From positions 172,050,001 to 172,114,000 of the forward strand of contig OX597815.1 of the NCBI GenBank assembly GCA_951406725.2: a stretch of DNA of 64,000 nucleotides. The letters are read 5' to 3'. Source of the DNA: Octopus vulgaris. Its lineage: Eukaryota. The notes beneath the pieces were generated by a model, which was not told the DNA's origin, did not search any database, and saw only the letters and a list, made by a program, of their open reading frames with translations. Both the position numbers and the translations under genes were made by a program. Below are positions 1 through 14,505 of this stretch, one piece after another. The stretch's first letter is position 1. Each line of letters begins with the position of its first letter.

Positions 1-1667
1 TTTCGATTCCCGTACTGGATGGTACTTTGTGTTGTCTAGCAAACCACTTCACTTAATGTTACTCTGCGATCACTAAATCTAACAGTGGTACACCGTACAT
101 TTGTACATTCAATGTCGAATAGAGGAAGGGGAGTGAGTTCGTTTACACACAAGCATTTGATTATTATAAGCAAATCATGTGTTGGTTGATCAGTAATAAA
201 TTAAGGAATCGTCATTCTCGGAGTCTAGAGACTACCCATGCAGTATAAAAGAATGTAATTCTGATCTCTACAATATTTACCGAGACTCTTTCATCTAATA
301 TTTGTTGTTTAGTCCAATATCAATCGTGATCGAACACTCGATTATCATACTTTTCCCCAAACCAAGTATATCTAGGGCTACTTTATCCAGTGTCCTTCCT
401 TTAAGACTATAAGAATGTGCTGTGAATGAGATTTTGCTCCTGTATCTAGTAGTTCAAGCAACCATGTTGAAGCTTTTCTATGAAGTTCAGTTATAAGCTG
501 CGGTAATATTTTAATTACTATTATTTTCTGTCAAATATCAGTTTCTTACCAAATTAAACAGGAAACTAATATGAAATTTTAATGAAAGGCTTTAAAAGCA
601 AATTTGTTTCATAGAACCAAATACAGTTTCATGTAGTTGGTATCTATATGCTACTTCAACTCTTTCAAATTATTCTGTAGTTACAACAATATTACCAAAA
701 CTTTTTCTGATTTTTCAGATAGTTAATGTTGTTGCAATAAGTTTCATTAAAATAATGTTAGACCCTGGCTTCGCTAAAGAATGGACAGCAGTCATGACCT
801 TTTGTTTTTTTAAGTAGTCTCTGATATTGGTCGAAAGAAGTTGCAGAAAAATTGTTTTATGAGTTTTTGCAGTAGAAAGTAGCACAACAATCTATTGAGT
901 AACATTCAAAACAGAAACCAGTCCCAAATGATTGTAACAAGAATTGGCTCAACCTGTAACATAGCAAGGGAAAGGGCGAGGAGATGGTCCTTCCCAAGTG
1001 ACGTTTTTATGGGAGCAGCACTTTTGAGGCTGCTGTATCAGTCTGTATGGGGTCAGAGGCGAAAGCAATAAACTTAAAGGTTGCCCTGCACAGCTATATC
1101 AATGAATTCAGTTAAAGGCAGCCATGAGCAAGGTCGTGATGTTTAACTGGATGATAGATTACGTCTACTATTTGAATGTAGGTTGGGTCAATTGAACGGG
1201 GTCCCACACTATCTCTGTCAACTGGTTTTCACTCACAATGCTCGGGCAGTCATTTTAGACTTTCAAGTTTGTGGTGATGGTTTATTTTATTAGTAAATGT
1301 TTATATTGCAAGAACAACAGATGGCTCACATTACTCAATATCTTGATCCATCACTTTGGATTTCAACGCTTGTGCAATATTAAAGGTGTTTTGAATTATT
1401 GATTTCTCATTTTGTTATTACTAATTTGAGCTCAGGCAATGAGCAAGCTGAATTGTTAGTTTCAGAAAAAAATATGCTTTGCAATATTTCTCCTGACTCA
1501 TTACATTCAGAGGTAAAATTCAGTTGAAGTGGACTTTTGCCTTTCACATTTTTGGGGTTAATAAAATAAGTACCAGTTGACTACTGGGGATGATGTACTT
1601 AACTTTCCCCTCCCCTAAAAGTGCTAACTTTGTGCCAAAATTTGAAAGAGTTATTACTAATCTACTT

Positions 1668-1903
1668 ATTACTCTTTTATTTGTTTCAGTCATTTGACTG
1701 TGGCCATGCTGGAGCACCGCATTTAGTCAAGCCAATCGACCCCAGGACTTATTCTTTGGAAGCCTAGTACTTATTCTATTGGCTCTTTTGCCGAACCGCT
1801 AAGTTACGGGAATGTAAACACACCAGCATCGGTTGTCAAGCGATGTTGGGGGGACAAACACAGACACACAAACATACACATGCATTCACACACATATATA
1901 TAT

Positions 1904-1956
<53 letters not shown>

Positions 1957-2117
1957 CATATATATGATGGGCTTCTTTCAGTTTCCGTCTACCAAATCCA
2001 CTCACAAGGCTTTGGTCGGCCCGAGGCTATAGTAGAAGACACTTGCCCAAGGTGCCACACTGAACCCAGAACCATGTGGTTGGTAAGCAAGCTACTTACC
2101 ACACAGCCACTCTTACG
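1668..2117 (-). mobile_element. tRNA-derived SINE family A with internal (TA)n/(TG)n
   Basis: A/B-box head GGAGTGGCTGTGTGGTAAG...GGTTCAGT; tail GCATGGCCRCAGTCAAATGACTGAAAC; multiple copies in the window. Confidence 0.9.
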
Positions 2118-3220
2118 CCTATTAAATGAATTGCTAAATACTATCATTGTCATCATAACTAGCATCCCTGTTATTTTACGAAAGGCATTCAATGGCAGAA
2201 TCACTAGACTGTTGAACAAAATACTATGTTGTACTTAGTTGCCACTTCATGTTCTGACATCAAATTCTGCTACAGGTGACTCTTGTCATTCCATCTTCTG
2301 AGGTCAATACAATAAATATCAGTAACATATTGAGGTTATATAATTGGTGGGTCTCTCTCCTCAAATCTTCGGCCTTCGCCTTACGTAAAAAATTCTGTTT
2401 TGCAATATTTGGTTTAGGTGGCATTCTGGCAGAATCATTAGCACACCAGGTAAAATGTTTTGCAGCATTTCATCGATCCTTACGCTCTGAGTTCAAATAC
2501 GGCTGCAGTCAACTTTACTGTCATCCTTTTGGGGTTGATAAAATAAGTACCAGTTGAGCACTGGGGTCAATGTAATTGGCTTATCCCCTTTCCCCAAACT
2601 GCCAAAATCTGAAACCAAAATTTAGTTACATCTTTTTACCTTCTGAATTCAAGTTTACTCTTTATCCCTGTTATTGATAAAATATGTAACAATGAAATCC
2701 TGGGGTTGATTGAATCAACTACTTATCTAAAATTTGTAACCATAGAGTACTATAAAAAATGTGTTGGGGCATTTATGTTCATCTCCATTCTGAATGCAAA
2801 TAATGCAGAAATTAACTTCATTACATACAAGTCATGATGGGATCAACTGAATTGTCCTTGTCTTGTGTCAATCTGAGAAACCTATTATTGTTGAAGGATG
2901 GTGGATTAGCAGAATTGTTTGAGAGTTTGAAAAATTTCCTTGCAGTATTTGTTCCAGCACTTTACATTCTGGATCCAAATCCCACCAAAATTCACTTTGT
3001 TTTTCATCCTTCAGGAGATTGATAAAATAAAATATGGGGTAACAGGACTAAACAGGGACTGAAAAGAGAGACTAGAAAGCAGATGCTGCAAACTAACACC
3101 AGAGACAGGTCCCTCTTAAGATATTCCCATTATTGTTCAACGACTAGTTGTGCTATTTAGTGCTTTGCTTGTAAATAAAATATGGGTAATAGCACTAAGA
3201 AGTAATGTGTATAGACAAAC

Positions 3221-3482
3221 TTGTTACCAGTTCAAATTTGTTTGAGGCATATTTGATCCCATAAGAAAGCCATTATTTTTTCACAGAGAAAATTTCTTGC
3301 TGAAGACATGTTAGTCTACAATGCTCTCTAACCAGACTGTTGGATGCATGCATTTCAGAGTGGTTATCTCCTGCCTTTACACCTATTTGCTTACAGTGAG
3401 AAATTTTCTCCTTGACAAAAATACAGTGAATGGCTTTCTTATAGGTTTGAACAAGCTTCAAACATATTTGAACTGGTAACAA
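3221..3482. mobile_element. Foldback MITE-like element
   Basis: 28-bp terminal inverted repeats (3221-3248 / 3455-3482) plus internal inverted blocks (3258-3274 / 3429-3445). Confidence 0.7.
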
Positions 3483-3556
3483 TTTGTACTGATAAAATAA
3501 AGTATCAGTCAAGTACAGGGGTCTATTAATTAAATGATCCTTCTTTCCAGATTTCT

Positions 3557-3659
3557 TATAGATGTTTTCTATCTAGTTTAGATTCTTTGCAATCAAATTT
3601 GATTGCAAAGAATTCAAATTTGATAGGAAAGAATCCAAACTAGATCGAAAACATCTATA
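3557..3659. repeat. Nested palindrome / inverted repeat
   Basis: 32-bp arms (2 mismatches) overlapping a perfect 32-bp palindrome at 3582-3613. Confidence 0.9.
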
Positions 3660-3996
3660 CTAGTTTACCATTCTAAGAAATATAAACATCTTTTATATTT
3701 GAAGTTTTACTAATAACTTTGAGCCCTTTCAGTCTAACCAGTCCTGTATCCTGGCACATATAAGCACACTATCAATGACTGAGAAGTGATCAATATTGTT
3801 ATCTATGGTAGTTTTATGTGTAGATCACAAAAATGGTAACCATTTCTCACAGAACGACTCTAGTTTATGGTAATTCGGCTTTTTAATATTAGAGTATTTT
3901 TATAAATTCAATTTTTCATTTTTCGGATTGTCAGAGAAAAAAAAACTATAAAATACCTGCAAATATTTAATTAGATTTTTAATTAGAATAAAAATT

Positions 3997-4730
3997 GTGC
4001 TAGCATGCCAAGAGGGCAGTGTAGAAATCAAACCAGACAAATTTTGTTATATCTGTGGTGTTGTAGCATTCCAGAAGAATGCAAGAAACATTGCACCATT
4101 GGTAAAAAGACAGTATTATTTATATTTTGGTGTCAAGATAGGAGACCAAGATAAAAGTTGCGCACCACATATCTGTTGTACATGTACCAATGGTCTTTCA
4201 AAATGGTATTTGGGAAAGTCAAGAAGTATGCAGTTTGGCATTCCAATGATTTGACATGAACCACAAGACCACCATTCTGACTGTTATTTCTCTCTTGTAG
4301 ATGTTAAAAGTGTGTTTTCATTTGCATTAAATCTAGAATATATTTATTTTTATTCAATACATTAAATATAGGAAATGCTATAAAATAATTTATTTTCTTA
4401 ACAAGTATAAAAATGAAGACTGCGTTGTTGGTGGTGTATCCAAATCTGAATCTGCCATTTGGCCTATACCTTATTCAGTCAGAATTCTGATAGTTGCAGT
4501 ACTTGCAAAAATGGTTTTATCCGACACTAGTGAATCAGAAGAGAATTGTGAACAAGATGAGATGTATGTGCCAGCATCAGAACAGTCCAGACTGAAACCC
4601 CAAGCACAGGACAAGTTAATCCTGATCTTGTTCAGGATTTAGGATTAACAAAAATGCAGAGCGAATTACTGGTTTCTAGGCTAAAGGAAAGGAACTTGTT
4701 AACTCAAGATGTCAGCATTACAAAATTTTC
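3997..4730 (+). mobile_element. Decayed DNA-transposase N-terminus (Chapaev3-like)
   Basis: PDKFCYICG...YFGVKIGDQDKS.APHICC...FGIPMI*HEP.DH.SDCYF; stops and frameshifts. Family assignment is from recall. Confidence 0.65.
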
Positions 4731-7700
4731 AAATTATAATTAGAAAAATCACACTTCACAGACCAGTCCTAGTCATACTATATTTATGCTTAATGTGTCT
4801 TACAAGAAAACAATGGAAAAATTAAAAAGCCTTAAACAAAAATGGAAAGACTTCAGAAAGAAAGATTTATTGATTTTTACTGGCTGGTATATTTATAACA
4901 ATATAAGGAAAATATCTAGTTCATAAATGTTTCTTTAGATTATTTTTATTTACAATTAATATTTACAGTGATTAAGATTATAAAAACATGTACACAGACA
5001 ATTAACTATTAATAATTTATGGTAATATGAATGGTCTTTTCCCATTAATTCAATTTCAAAGGAGACAACTTACTTTAATATTAGTTTAAAGTTCAACAGT
5101 AACTAAAGTTGCACTCAGATATTATTGAACAAAACCATAGTTAATGATGAAAACAAAATTTCTTTCATTTAATTTGATAACAGCTTTAACAACTTGGATA
5201 CTTCAAAATTACATCTAAATATGTTAAACTGAATAGTTAAATATAAATTGTTGAAACAATCAACGTACACAAAATTATTCACAGAATTTCAATGCTGACA
5301 TAATCATAATATTTGAGTTAAGAAAACGTTCGGCTTTCAACAGGAGTTACTATTCAGCCACTACACTGCATCTATGATAGAGCAGTGAACTCTAAAGATT
5401 ACCTCAATATACCTAGGGGCAGCTTATACACTAAAGGATGACCAATTCAATAAGAGATTCAAACTGACAAGGAATAGGCAGGAGATGTTATAATTTTAAA
5501 AATTTATGCTTGAATCTCACCATTTGAAACAAAATTAGGTAGGAACAGATTATATATGCCTTTACTACAGGCACCACAACAATAAATAAAAAGTCAAGAG
5601 GCATGCAGAGCACAAATGTTTGAAATATATTAAGACACTCTAAAAATAAATTTAACCATTCAATTTTTTTTTTTTTTTTTTTCATTTTTACACTTAAAAT
5701 ATTTAATGATGAAAATTACCTAAAACACATAATAAAGAAAATAAATTATATTTATTTGTTTGTTACATCTTTTAATTCAGAGATGTCTCTAAGCACTGAC
5801 AGATATACATCTAGAGGACTCAGGGGGGAATATTTTGAAAGGAATAACTAACTTGTAATTCCTCATTAGCTACACGTTTAGTGTCAAATGATTGATAACT
5901 ATTTATTAAAGAGTTCTATTCCAATGAATTATTAGTATTAGCAGTATTTTGATAACTGACAAAATGCATAATTTAAATGTATGATTCCAATATTACATTA
6001 AAATGATAAATTTCAAGAAAAAATTAAACTAGTTAAAATTTACTAAAGTTTGGTAAGATATTTTTTCTTTCAACAACATTTAAGTGTTGATCAAAATGTA
6101 TAACTTATAAATAACTAGAGGTATTAACTTAAAAATAAACAATGATTGAGATAATCTCATTAAAAAAAATTACATTTGGCCATTTTATATAGATTTGTAA
6201 AATATTTCATATACTTAGTGGTCAGGGATGAAAAGAAAAATTAAATACATAAAATATTTCTATCTCTTTGTGAGTCTATAGTCTAACAAAACCTTGATTC
6301 AAAAATTTTGTTCAGTTGTTTTAGGTTTTAAAGAATTACAAGTAATAGACTTGTCTGTTTAACCCCATAATGGATCAATTATTTTGACATGGCATATTTC
6401 TTTTATTTCCTTTTTTTATTATATACACTGTGTTAATTACAAAAAAAAATTTTTGTAATTAAGGGGTTAATGACATTGAAAATAAAATTCCAATAGAAAA
6501 ATCATGTATAATTTAGGATGAAGTGATAATTTCTTTGGTTAAAAATTTTGGATATCCCCCCCCCCCCCCCATATATATAACAATAATACTGCAAGAAAAT
6601 AATTGGAAAATTTCTCATCCCTACATGGCACACAGGAACTCAACTTTACATAACCAATTAAGGACTCAATGACAAGATTTTTGTCCTCATTGCCAATCAA
6701 GTTATACTGAACTCATTTTAATCAACTTTAATCATTATGTCTGATTTTATTAGTACACTTTTAAAAGAACATTGATTTCATTTTACATTAATGAATGATT
6801 GTTTCTCCCTTGGCATACTCTAAATTTTTTCATGCTCTCTTAAATGAAGAGAACTAAAACAAGTCTGCAATTCTGTCCCTTCCAAAGGACAAAATTAAAG
6901 ACTTGTTTTAGTTCAGATAATTTAAAAGAATAAATCCATCAACAACAGAAAAAAATTGAAAATATCTAATACCAGCAACAAAAAAGAACTACTAGTCCTC
7001 TTCCTTAACATGTGAATAATTTTTATTTTTATCCATAAAAATGGATATAAAACAAAATTCCAGAAACTTAACTAATAACAATTGTCACAATAATGTTTTA
7101 TTGATATCAATTTACTTACTGAAATTTGATTGGCAGAGCATGATTAAAAGTTAACACAAATATCTAGATATAATATCAAGTTACTAAACATCTTCAGCAG
7201 ACCAAATACACATGCATTTTATAAATCACCAATTCTTAAAACCTTAATATCTTACCCACATGATAAATATAGTAACAGGAAAAACTAATATAAAGTTTGC
7301 TCAATCAAGTTCATTATAAATGCTATCTCACTGCTTGCTGACTAATAATGATAATAAAATTATTCCAATTTACAAACCAAGATTCTTATCAAAACGATTA
7401 TTCAATAAAGATAGTGCAAATTTTCAACATGATTTTAATATACAGCTCCTAGTTATGTTAGTTGATATATCTCAAGATTTTAACCACAGATAAAGGATAG
7501 AATAAAAACAATAAGAAAAGAAAATCTGTTATACACTGAATGTCATATCTTTCCAAGATAGAGATAATGTACAATACAATCTTCATTAAATTAGATACTA
7601 GTCACCAATATAGGCAGAGAGGCAAGCACACAACAAATAAGGAGCTTTATCTAGAATGCTTAATGATCAAAATATATTTGCCATAAAAGACCAAACACTA

Positions 7701-10003
7701 TATCTCTTTTCTACAATGGAGGACTAATAATTAGATTAATTCATAAGGTAACTGGTAATTTTTTTCTTATTTTTGAGGTAAGCTGAACAATAAATTACAT
7801 ATCACTTTGAAAGACTACATAAACAATGAACATTGTATTTTTTAACAAGATCAAAATTAAAATTGTAATGAACAAAAACAACAAAATCACAATCTGAATG
7901 GAGTAAAACAAATACCCATCAGTAAGACTTAACACTGAATGAATTAATAAAGGGAGGTAGTCTATAAACAAATACACATACATGATATAGTCAACAAGGG
8001 AATTTACGGAATGTGATATGAAGTGAAAAAAGAGCAAGACAAATTATCTATCAAAATACTTGAAATTTTAATAAATAAAATGAGTATTTAAAAATATAAC
8101 ATTTTTATTTTGGGATAATGAATGAAAATACCTTTTTTATAACCATTTTTTGCTTTTTCTTTTTTTTTTTTTTTAGACAAAACTTTGTTTAAGCATAAAG
8201 CAGTCTATTTTACAGCGCTTGCATCCCTTATCCCCCACAGTTTAGGATTAGACAAAAAGATTCCATCCAGCTAACATTTCAAAAGTTTCAATTAAAAAAA
8301 GGATAACTTATTGACTATATTAAAAACAAACCCAATCTGAACTAGTGTACTTACAGATCAACTGAGAAAATGAGAAGAAAACCAGCTCTAGAGAAATTTA
8401 TATTTTAAGAATTGATTAACCAACACTTTTACTAAACATTTGGCAGTGAATTTGATTTCTAGAAAAGTACTAATTTATATAAAATTTCTATATTAACTAT
8501 GAATATATTGCAAAAGGCACAGTATCAATTTATAAATACTAAAAAGCTAAGAAATAAGGCATTGTTTTTTTTAAGTGATGCATGATTTTAACTGAAGTAC
8601 ACAGATGAAACACGATAATCTGTGTCAATTCACTAACTGTACAGAAAATTATATAAAAACATGAGTGGAATCGAAATTATTGAAGTTTCAAAACTTACTT
8701 TGCTTTTAGACTAATTCCTAATTTCTTTCTAAACATTTCATAAGAATTGTATATTTGATGAGTAACATCAAATATAACATTTTGCTTCTTTTTTTTTTAT
8801 CTCCTTGTTTATTCATTTATTCCATTTTTGCCATCTTTCATCCACCCAAAGTCGTGTAAGTTATATCATGTTCTAACCACTTTCTTAAATTACTTTGAAG
8901 TATGCCAGTAAGTATAGTGTTGTAGCAATTTTATTCTGAGTTCATGTTTCCATGCTAGCACTGGTGTGATAAATTTCGCAAATCTGAATGCTTGCATTTT
9001 TAAGTAAATTAAAAAGAAAACTGTTTAAGGCTTAATTATAACCACAATATACATTATCATAATGGAATTGCCAAACATTGGAAGAAATGAAATAACTACT
9101 TCTATAAAATAATTATAACGTAATTGATGGGATTTCCTCTAACTTACAACTATACTGAAAAGAATTTCAGTATAGTTGTTCATCTAACTCCCCATGCTAG
9201 CATGAGCTGGACGAAGCTAGTATTGGAGCTTTCTTAGTCATTACTCTTTAATATCTGCTATTTTATCTTGTCCACTTTTTGCTACAAATTCTTTGTACTC
9301 CATCGCATTTCCTATATTTAATTATGACTTTTTATAAGAATATACTTCCAAGGCAAAAATACTGCATCAATTAAAATTTGCCTTGTAAATGTACAAAGAA
9401 CACTTTATATATTTCAACCAGATTTCAAATTTATATCAGGATTATAACTAATAACAACAACTAATCACTGAAATCACTACCTCATAGAAACAAACATGGT
9501 GTTTTTCTTTTATTTTTACTTAAATGAGGTAGCATGATTGCTGATATTTCATTATTCAATGCTAAAGTTCTTTATAACATTCAAAAAGTAGGAAATCCTC
9601 TTCTAAACCAATCCTTCAAAACATTCAGCTTATCAAAAGCTTACAGTAATATTTTTTCCATTGGAATAAAATTTCAGGTAATTTAAAACAGGTTAAAATA
9701 AATGAGAGAAAACATTATTTAAGAATATGTAACAGTGATCAACAGATATTTAATTGAAAATTTCGTTTGATTATAAATTCCATAGGATGAAAAAACAAGT
9801 TTGAGAAGGGAAAATTTCATTTCTTTTTTTTTTTTTTTATAGAAGGCTGGAAGTAAATTAAATAAAGCTTTTGACTGATGTGAGCTGAATGGAATGGATA
9901 TGCGCATGCACACAGACACACAAACATACACTCCCACATGCATACAGACAAGATTTTGTATTAAAATATGAGATCTTTCTCGAAAATGAACAACAGCAAC
10001 CAG

Positions 10004-10143
10004 TCAAGCCATGAAATCTTTTACTTCATCTAGTTCACGTTCTCTAGCTTGTTTATGAGCCCAACGAGCTTCAGCCAACTCTGGAGTGATTTTCCACTTT
10101 TCATGAAAAATTCTTTGGTTGCATGCAGGGCATTTTTTCCCAC
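10004..10143 (-). CDS. RWD/RING gene coding exon 7 (CPAC...EVKDFMA*)
   Basis: ttttgttag acceptor; final CxxC; TGA at 10006-10004. Confidence 0.9.
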
Positions 10144-11141
10144 CTAACAAAAAAAAGAAAAATGGAATATTGAACTCAAACATACTGTAAAATACAATCA
10201 GGTTTTGACAGATACTTTATTCACAAAACTTGTGGCAAGTTTAGATCAAATAAAGAAGAAACATGGAAATTACAAAAAAAAAAAAAAAAAAAAAAAGATT
10301 CTGTTAAGACCGATAGCAATACTGTAATAAAAGGCATAAGCATTTAAGTAGTTATAAATTTGAACTGCAAACCAAGTGAACTTTCAAAATCTATTGGTTA
10401 TATTTGAGATCATATCAAAGATAAACCAGAATAAACTGAGCAAGATGACAATAAGAAAACTACAAAAAATAGGAGCTGAAAGATATAGAGAAAAGTATGA
10501 GGTGAGCAGAAAGATATTAATTAATTACTAGGCGTTACACTTTCCAAGTAAATTTAGGGTTAAACAGAATCCAAGGAAACTGGTTGTAGCATGCATTGGC
10601 AAATAGAAGTTTACATGAATTTTAATTAAATAAGTAGTTATGGTCTATTAGAATTGTGAAATGAAATTAGCTTGATAATTTCAGTTTTTGTGAAATTTCA
10701 AAAGTTTTATAAGTGAAAATCAGAAAGACAAGTCCATTTTTGGAAGAGACATGCTTAATAATTTTCTTAAACTTGTTTAGTTATTAAACAATGAAGAGAA
10801 TAAAATCTTATAATTTTATATTATGAACTATGATAAATATTCTGCAAAGAAGGCAGAAACTACAACAAAACAGGTAACACTGACTGTGAGAAAGAAAGAG
10901 TTATTGAGAAGTTCAATGATCATAAGGTAAGGAGGTAGAGAAAATCATATTCATCTGTATAAAGATGCTTGAATGAATGTTATATATTATTATTGGCTGA
11001 AAACAAAAATAATTAAACTAAATCTTATATGCTATCAAGACAAATCTGATTCAACTGGTATTTTCTCTATCTCCTTAATTAACATACAGTCCAGAAATAT
11101 TGGATATGAACCAGTCATAAGATAATGAAATCTTTACTTAC

Positions 11142-11241
11142 CTATAAATGGAGGTGTTTTCATATAAGTTGCCAAACAAGAATGATGATATAAATGGCCA
11201 CAATAAACACGCTCAACTTGTTTATCTCTCGTACATTCTTT
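11142..11241 (-). CDS. RWD/RING gene coding exon 6 (CGHLYHHSC)
   Basis: ttttaacag acceptor, G|gtaagt donor; CxHxxHxxC RING-H2 core. Confidence 0.92.
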
Positions 11242-11675
11242 CTGTTAAAAATAAATGATGATATAATTGAAAAAAAAAAAACAAAAAAAAACATCAAACA
11301 TAAAAGTAGAGAGTAAACGAAAATCGACCAGTTGGGTTCTATATTCAACAAGTACTCTTAAATAATGGGTCAAGAATAAAATAAAGCAGAGGGTACGTGA
11401 AGATCGTCTACTTGGACCTATTTAACTTCTACTTATATCAAAGTATAATGTGTTGAATCAAGAACAGAATGTATATTAGTAAGGTAACATCAATAACTAT
11501 AAAGAAGCTAACTGAAGTGTAATATAACTAGCAGAAAGATTGTCATGAAAAATATCATTTCTGATAAATCAATTAATTCATAATGAAAGATAGACCCTAA
11601 CATGCCAGGAATAAGAATGCAATCATAAAGCAGTAAGCAAAGTCAATAAATAAATAATAATAAAAAACAACTTAC

Positions 11676-11805
11676 AACTGGACCTTTTGGAAGAACATAT
11701 TCACAGCAAATAGGACACTTTTGTAAGGGATAGTTTTTCACACAGTCAACAATAAGGAATTTACATATAGGTAATAAGGACGGTTTTGCTTGGAAAGGGG
11801 GATCA
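11676..11805 (-). CDS. RWD/RING gene coding exon 5 (first RING CxxC, CPIC)
   Basis: tttctttcag acceptor, GTT|gtaagt donor. Confidence 0.9.
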
Positions 11806-12046
11806 CTGAAAGAAAAAAAAGTGTATATAAAAATACTGAAACAGTCTTTAGCACTCTTTAACAACAGAAATTCAAGAATTGCAATTTACTTTGTTATATT
11901 TTCCTTTTGCTGTTGTTTAACAATTAAGAGTTCAAAATTGCTTTGATCTAGGCTACAATCTCATTACTTGCAATTAAGTTTGTTGTACAGACTGAAACAA
12001 AAACAAAAACCAGTTTTAAAATAAACTAGAAAACAAAAATAATTAC

Positions 12047-12157
12047 TTTGGTTTCTTCCGGAGGGGTGGCTGTACACACTGCCGAGCATATTCATTTGCT
12101 TGAGCCAAAAAATTTATTTTTAGGAGTTCAGGAAAATTATATTCCACAAAGTCTACG
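12047..12157 (-). CDS. RWD/RING gene coding exon 4 (VDFVEYNFPELLK...PPLRKKP)
   Basis: ttttcag acceptor, AA|gtaatt donor, phase 2->2, no stops. Confidence 0.88.
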
Positions 12158-12545
12158 CTGAAAAATAAATTTTTGTCTTTTGAAAAAAGCACAAAAAAGG
12201 TTCTGCTAACAGAATATTGAAAACCATGTCTAGTAATAATAGCATTATAACTAGCTGAGTTGATAAAGTATTTTTAACCACAAAACTTAGCTCTACTTGG
12301 TTTAAGCTGACTGCTTTGAGCAGCAAGAATATTGAATAATTAAGTTTCAATAGTAGTAGACAGTCCAGAATTCAATTACTGGTTTCAATTTTTGGCACAA
12401 GGCCAGCAATTTTTAATATTCAGTTATTTATATTTATTATTTGTATTTCTATTCATTTGTATATGTTAAGTAAGATTATATTGAAAATACAGAGTATCAT
12501 GGAAGTATATAAGAGATAGGGGTATTGAAAAATGTTGAGGAATCC

Positions 12546-12645
12546 AGACCTGAAGATTGGGAGTATGTCGACCCGAGTAAGTATTGAAACTAGATACCTC
12601 GTATATAATCAATACCAACATACTTTTATGAAACATGTGTAGTCT
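12546..12645 (+). ncRNA. Type I hammerhead ribozyme motif, probably from a Penelope pseudo-LTR (~12420-12780)
   Basis: AGAC-CUGAAGA-long stem II-GAAA-C AUGU G-UA-GUCU; all core nucleotides present. Confidence 0.6.
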
Positions 12646-14505
12646 TATAAATGGAAAATACAGGATTCAGAATAGATATAGTTAGTATAAGATTTAATTT
12701 TTAACATTTTATCGAGTGGTGGGTATAAAACCTTTCAGTGTTGATTGAGTTGAAGATGGTTCTGTCTCTAAAATTACTTTTATATATATATATATATATA
12801 TATCATCATCATCGTCGTTTAACGTCCGTTCTCCATGCTAGCATGGGTTGGACGGTTCGACCGGGGTTCTGGGAAGCCAGAAGGCTGCACCAGGCTCCAG
12901 TCTAATCTGGCAATGTTTCTACAGCTGGATGCCCTTCCTAACGCCAACCATATATATATGACACAGTTTCTATCACCCAAATTCCACTCACAAACTATTG
13001 CTCAACCTACATGGTGGAATAATACTAGCTCAAGGTGCTACAAAGTGCGGCCAAACCTGGAGCCATGTGGTTGTGAGGTAAACTCTTAGTCACACAACCA
13101 TGAGCAATAAATGATTTCGAAAGGATAAAAGGTAAAGGGAAATAATTAACGTCAGTAAAGTATTTTCTAAGATTATACTGTCCATCACCTTACACAACAG
13201 CGTAACATTAGTTATATATACACATACACACATAAAGTAACTAACAGGGCAACAAGGTTTAACAGAAAGTATAACATAAATTTTAAGGGATGAAAATTAA
13301 GTTTAGTATATACTAAGTAAGTTGTAACTAGAAGAGTCAAGAATATTGGATGATAGAAAATGAGCAAGTATCATACAGAATGCTCGTGTTATCTTTCTTT
13401 TCATGAAAGATACCTCAATGGAATTTTTTCTGTTCAGGTTTCTCAAGCAATCACTATTCAAGATGAATATTAAGTGCATTAATGTTATCTGACAGCTTTC
13501 TATCTCTCAGTATGGATGAATATAACCCTTTTAAAACCAAATCAGCTGAGACACCTTTGGTCCTATGGTACAAACTCCCAATTTTAAAGTGATTTCAATT
13601 TATTTAATCTCAAGAGAACAGATGTCTCAATTCAACATACAAAATGTATAAAAAGCTTAGCAGCTTCAAAAAGATGGCAAAAAAACCTTTAATTCTGGTC
13701 TTAGTACCAAATATAAATTGCTTTTTTGTAATCTTTTTATGCTCTGAAAGAAAATGCTTGACTCAGGAGTTGTGCATTTGTATATTCTCAAAAAATTTCA
13801 TTGTATTTTTGGGCAGGATTTTATTGCTTCTCCGTTCACAGTATTTGGCACATGAGACAGATTAGTATCAAGTATGGAAAAAGATTAGAGCTTCATGTGT
13901 GAAGACTAATAAAATATTACGATATTAGGCTGACATGAGTTATAATCATTTAAAAACTCCCATAAACCAAATGTACAATGTAGAAGTGTATGTGATATAA
14001 TGAACCATTTGTCTGGGTTCAACAATATTTTAAATACTTTGTATTAAGCATGTTTTGATTGATGTATACTATTAGTGTAATGACTAATAAAACACAGTAA
14101 AAGTGGGTATCAGATGTAGTGTACAAGGAGAGGACCGGACTGATATGGTCATGGAGGATGGTAGTTGGGTAAAGAAGTGCTATGAGAGCTAAGTAGGAGC
14201 AATTTACAGAGAAAGAAGACCAAAGAAAAATGAAAACTGATGTCAAGATGCTGAACCTCACAAAAGAACTGACTAAGAGACATGACAAACAGTGAGCTGT
14301 TGTGATGAAGAAGAAATACCCATGCAAACGTGGAAAAAAAAACCAATGTAAAAATTAATATGCTGATGCCAGTTGTACTAATTTTTACAGCCATTCTGAA
14401 TTACTATATTTTGAAATTCAGTTTTAAAAACAGAAGACAGTTGTGTGTTGAGGAGTCATGATTGATAAATCTGTCCAATTTCAATTTACTTTCTTCAATA
14501 TATAA

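Noticed and set aside
1843-2238. ORFs with YIYIYI/HTHT runs (also 14495, 36754, 40047, 56273 and others)
   Set aside because: Translations of SINEs and microsatellites.
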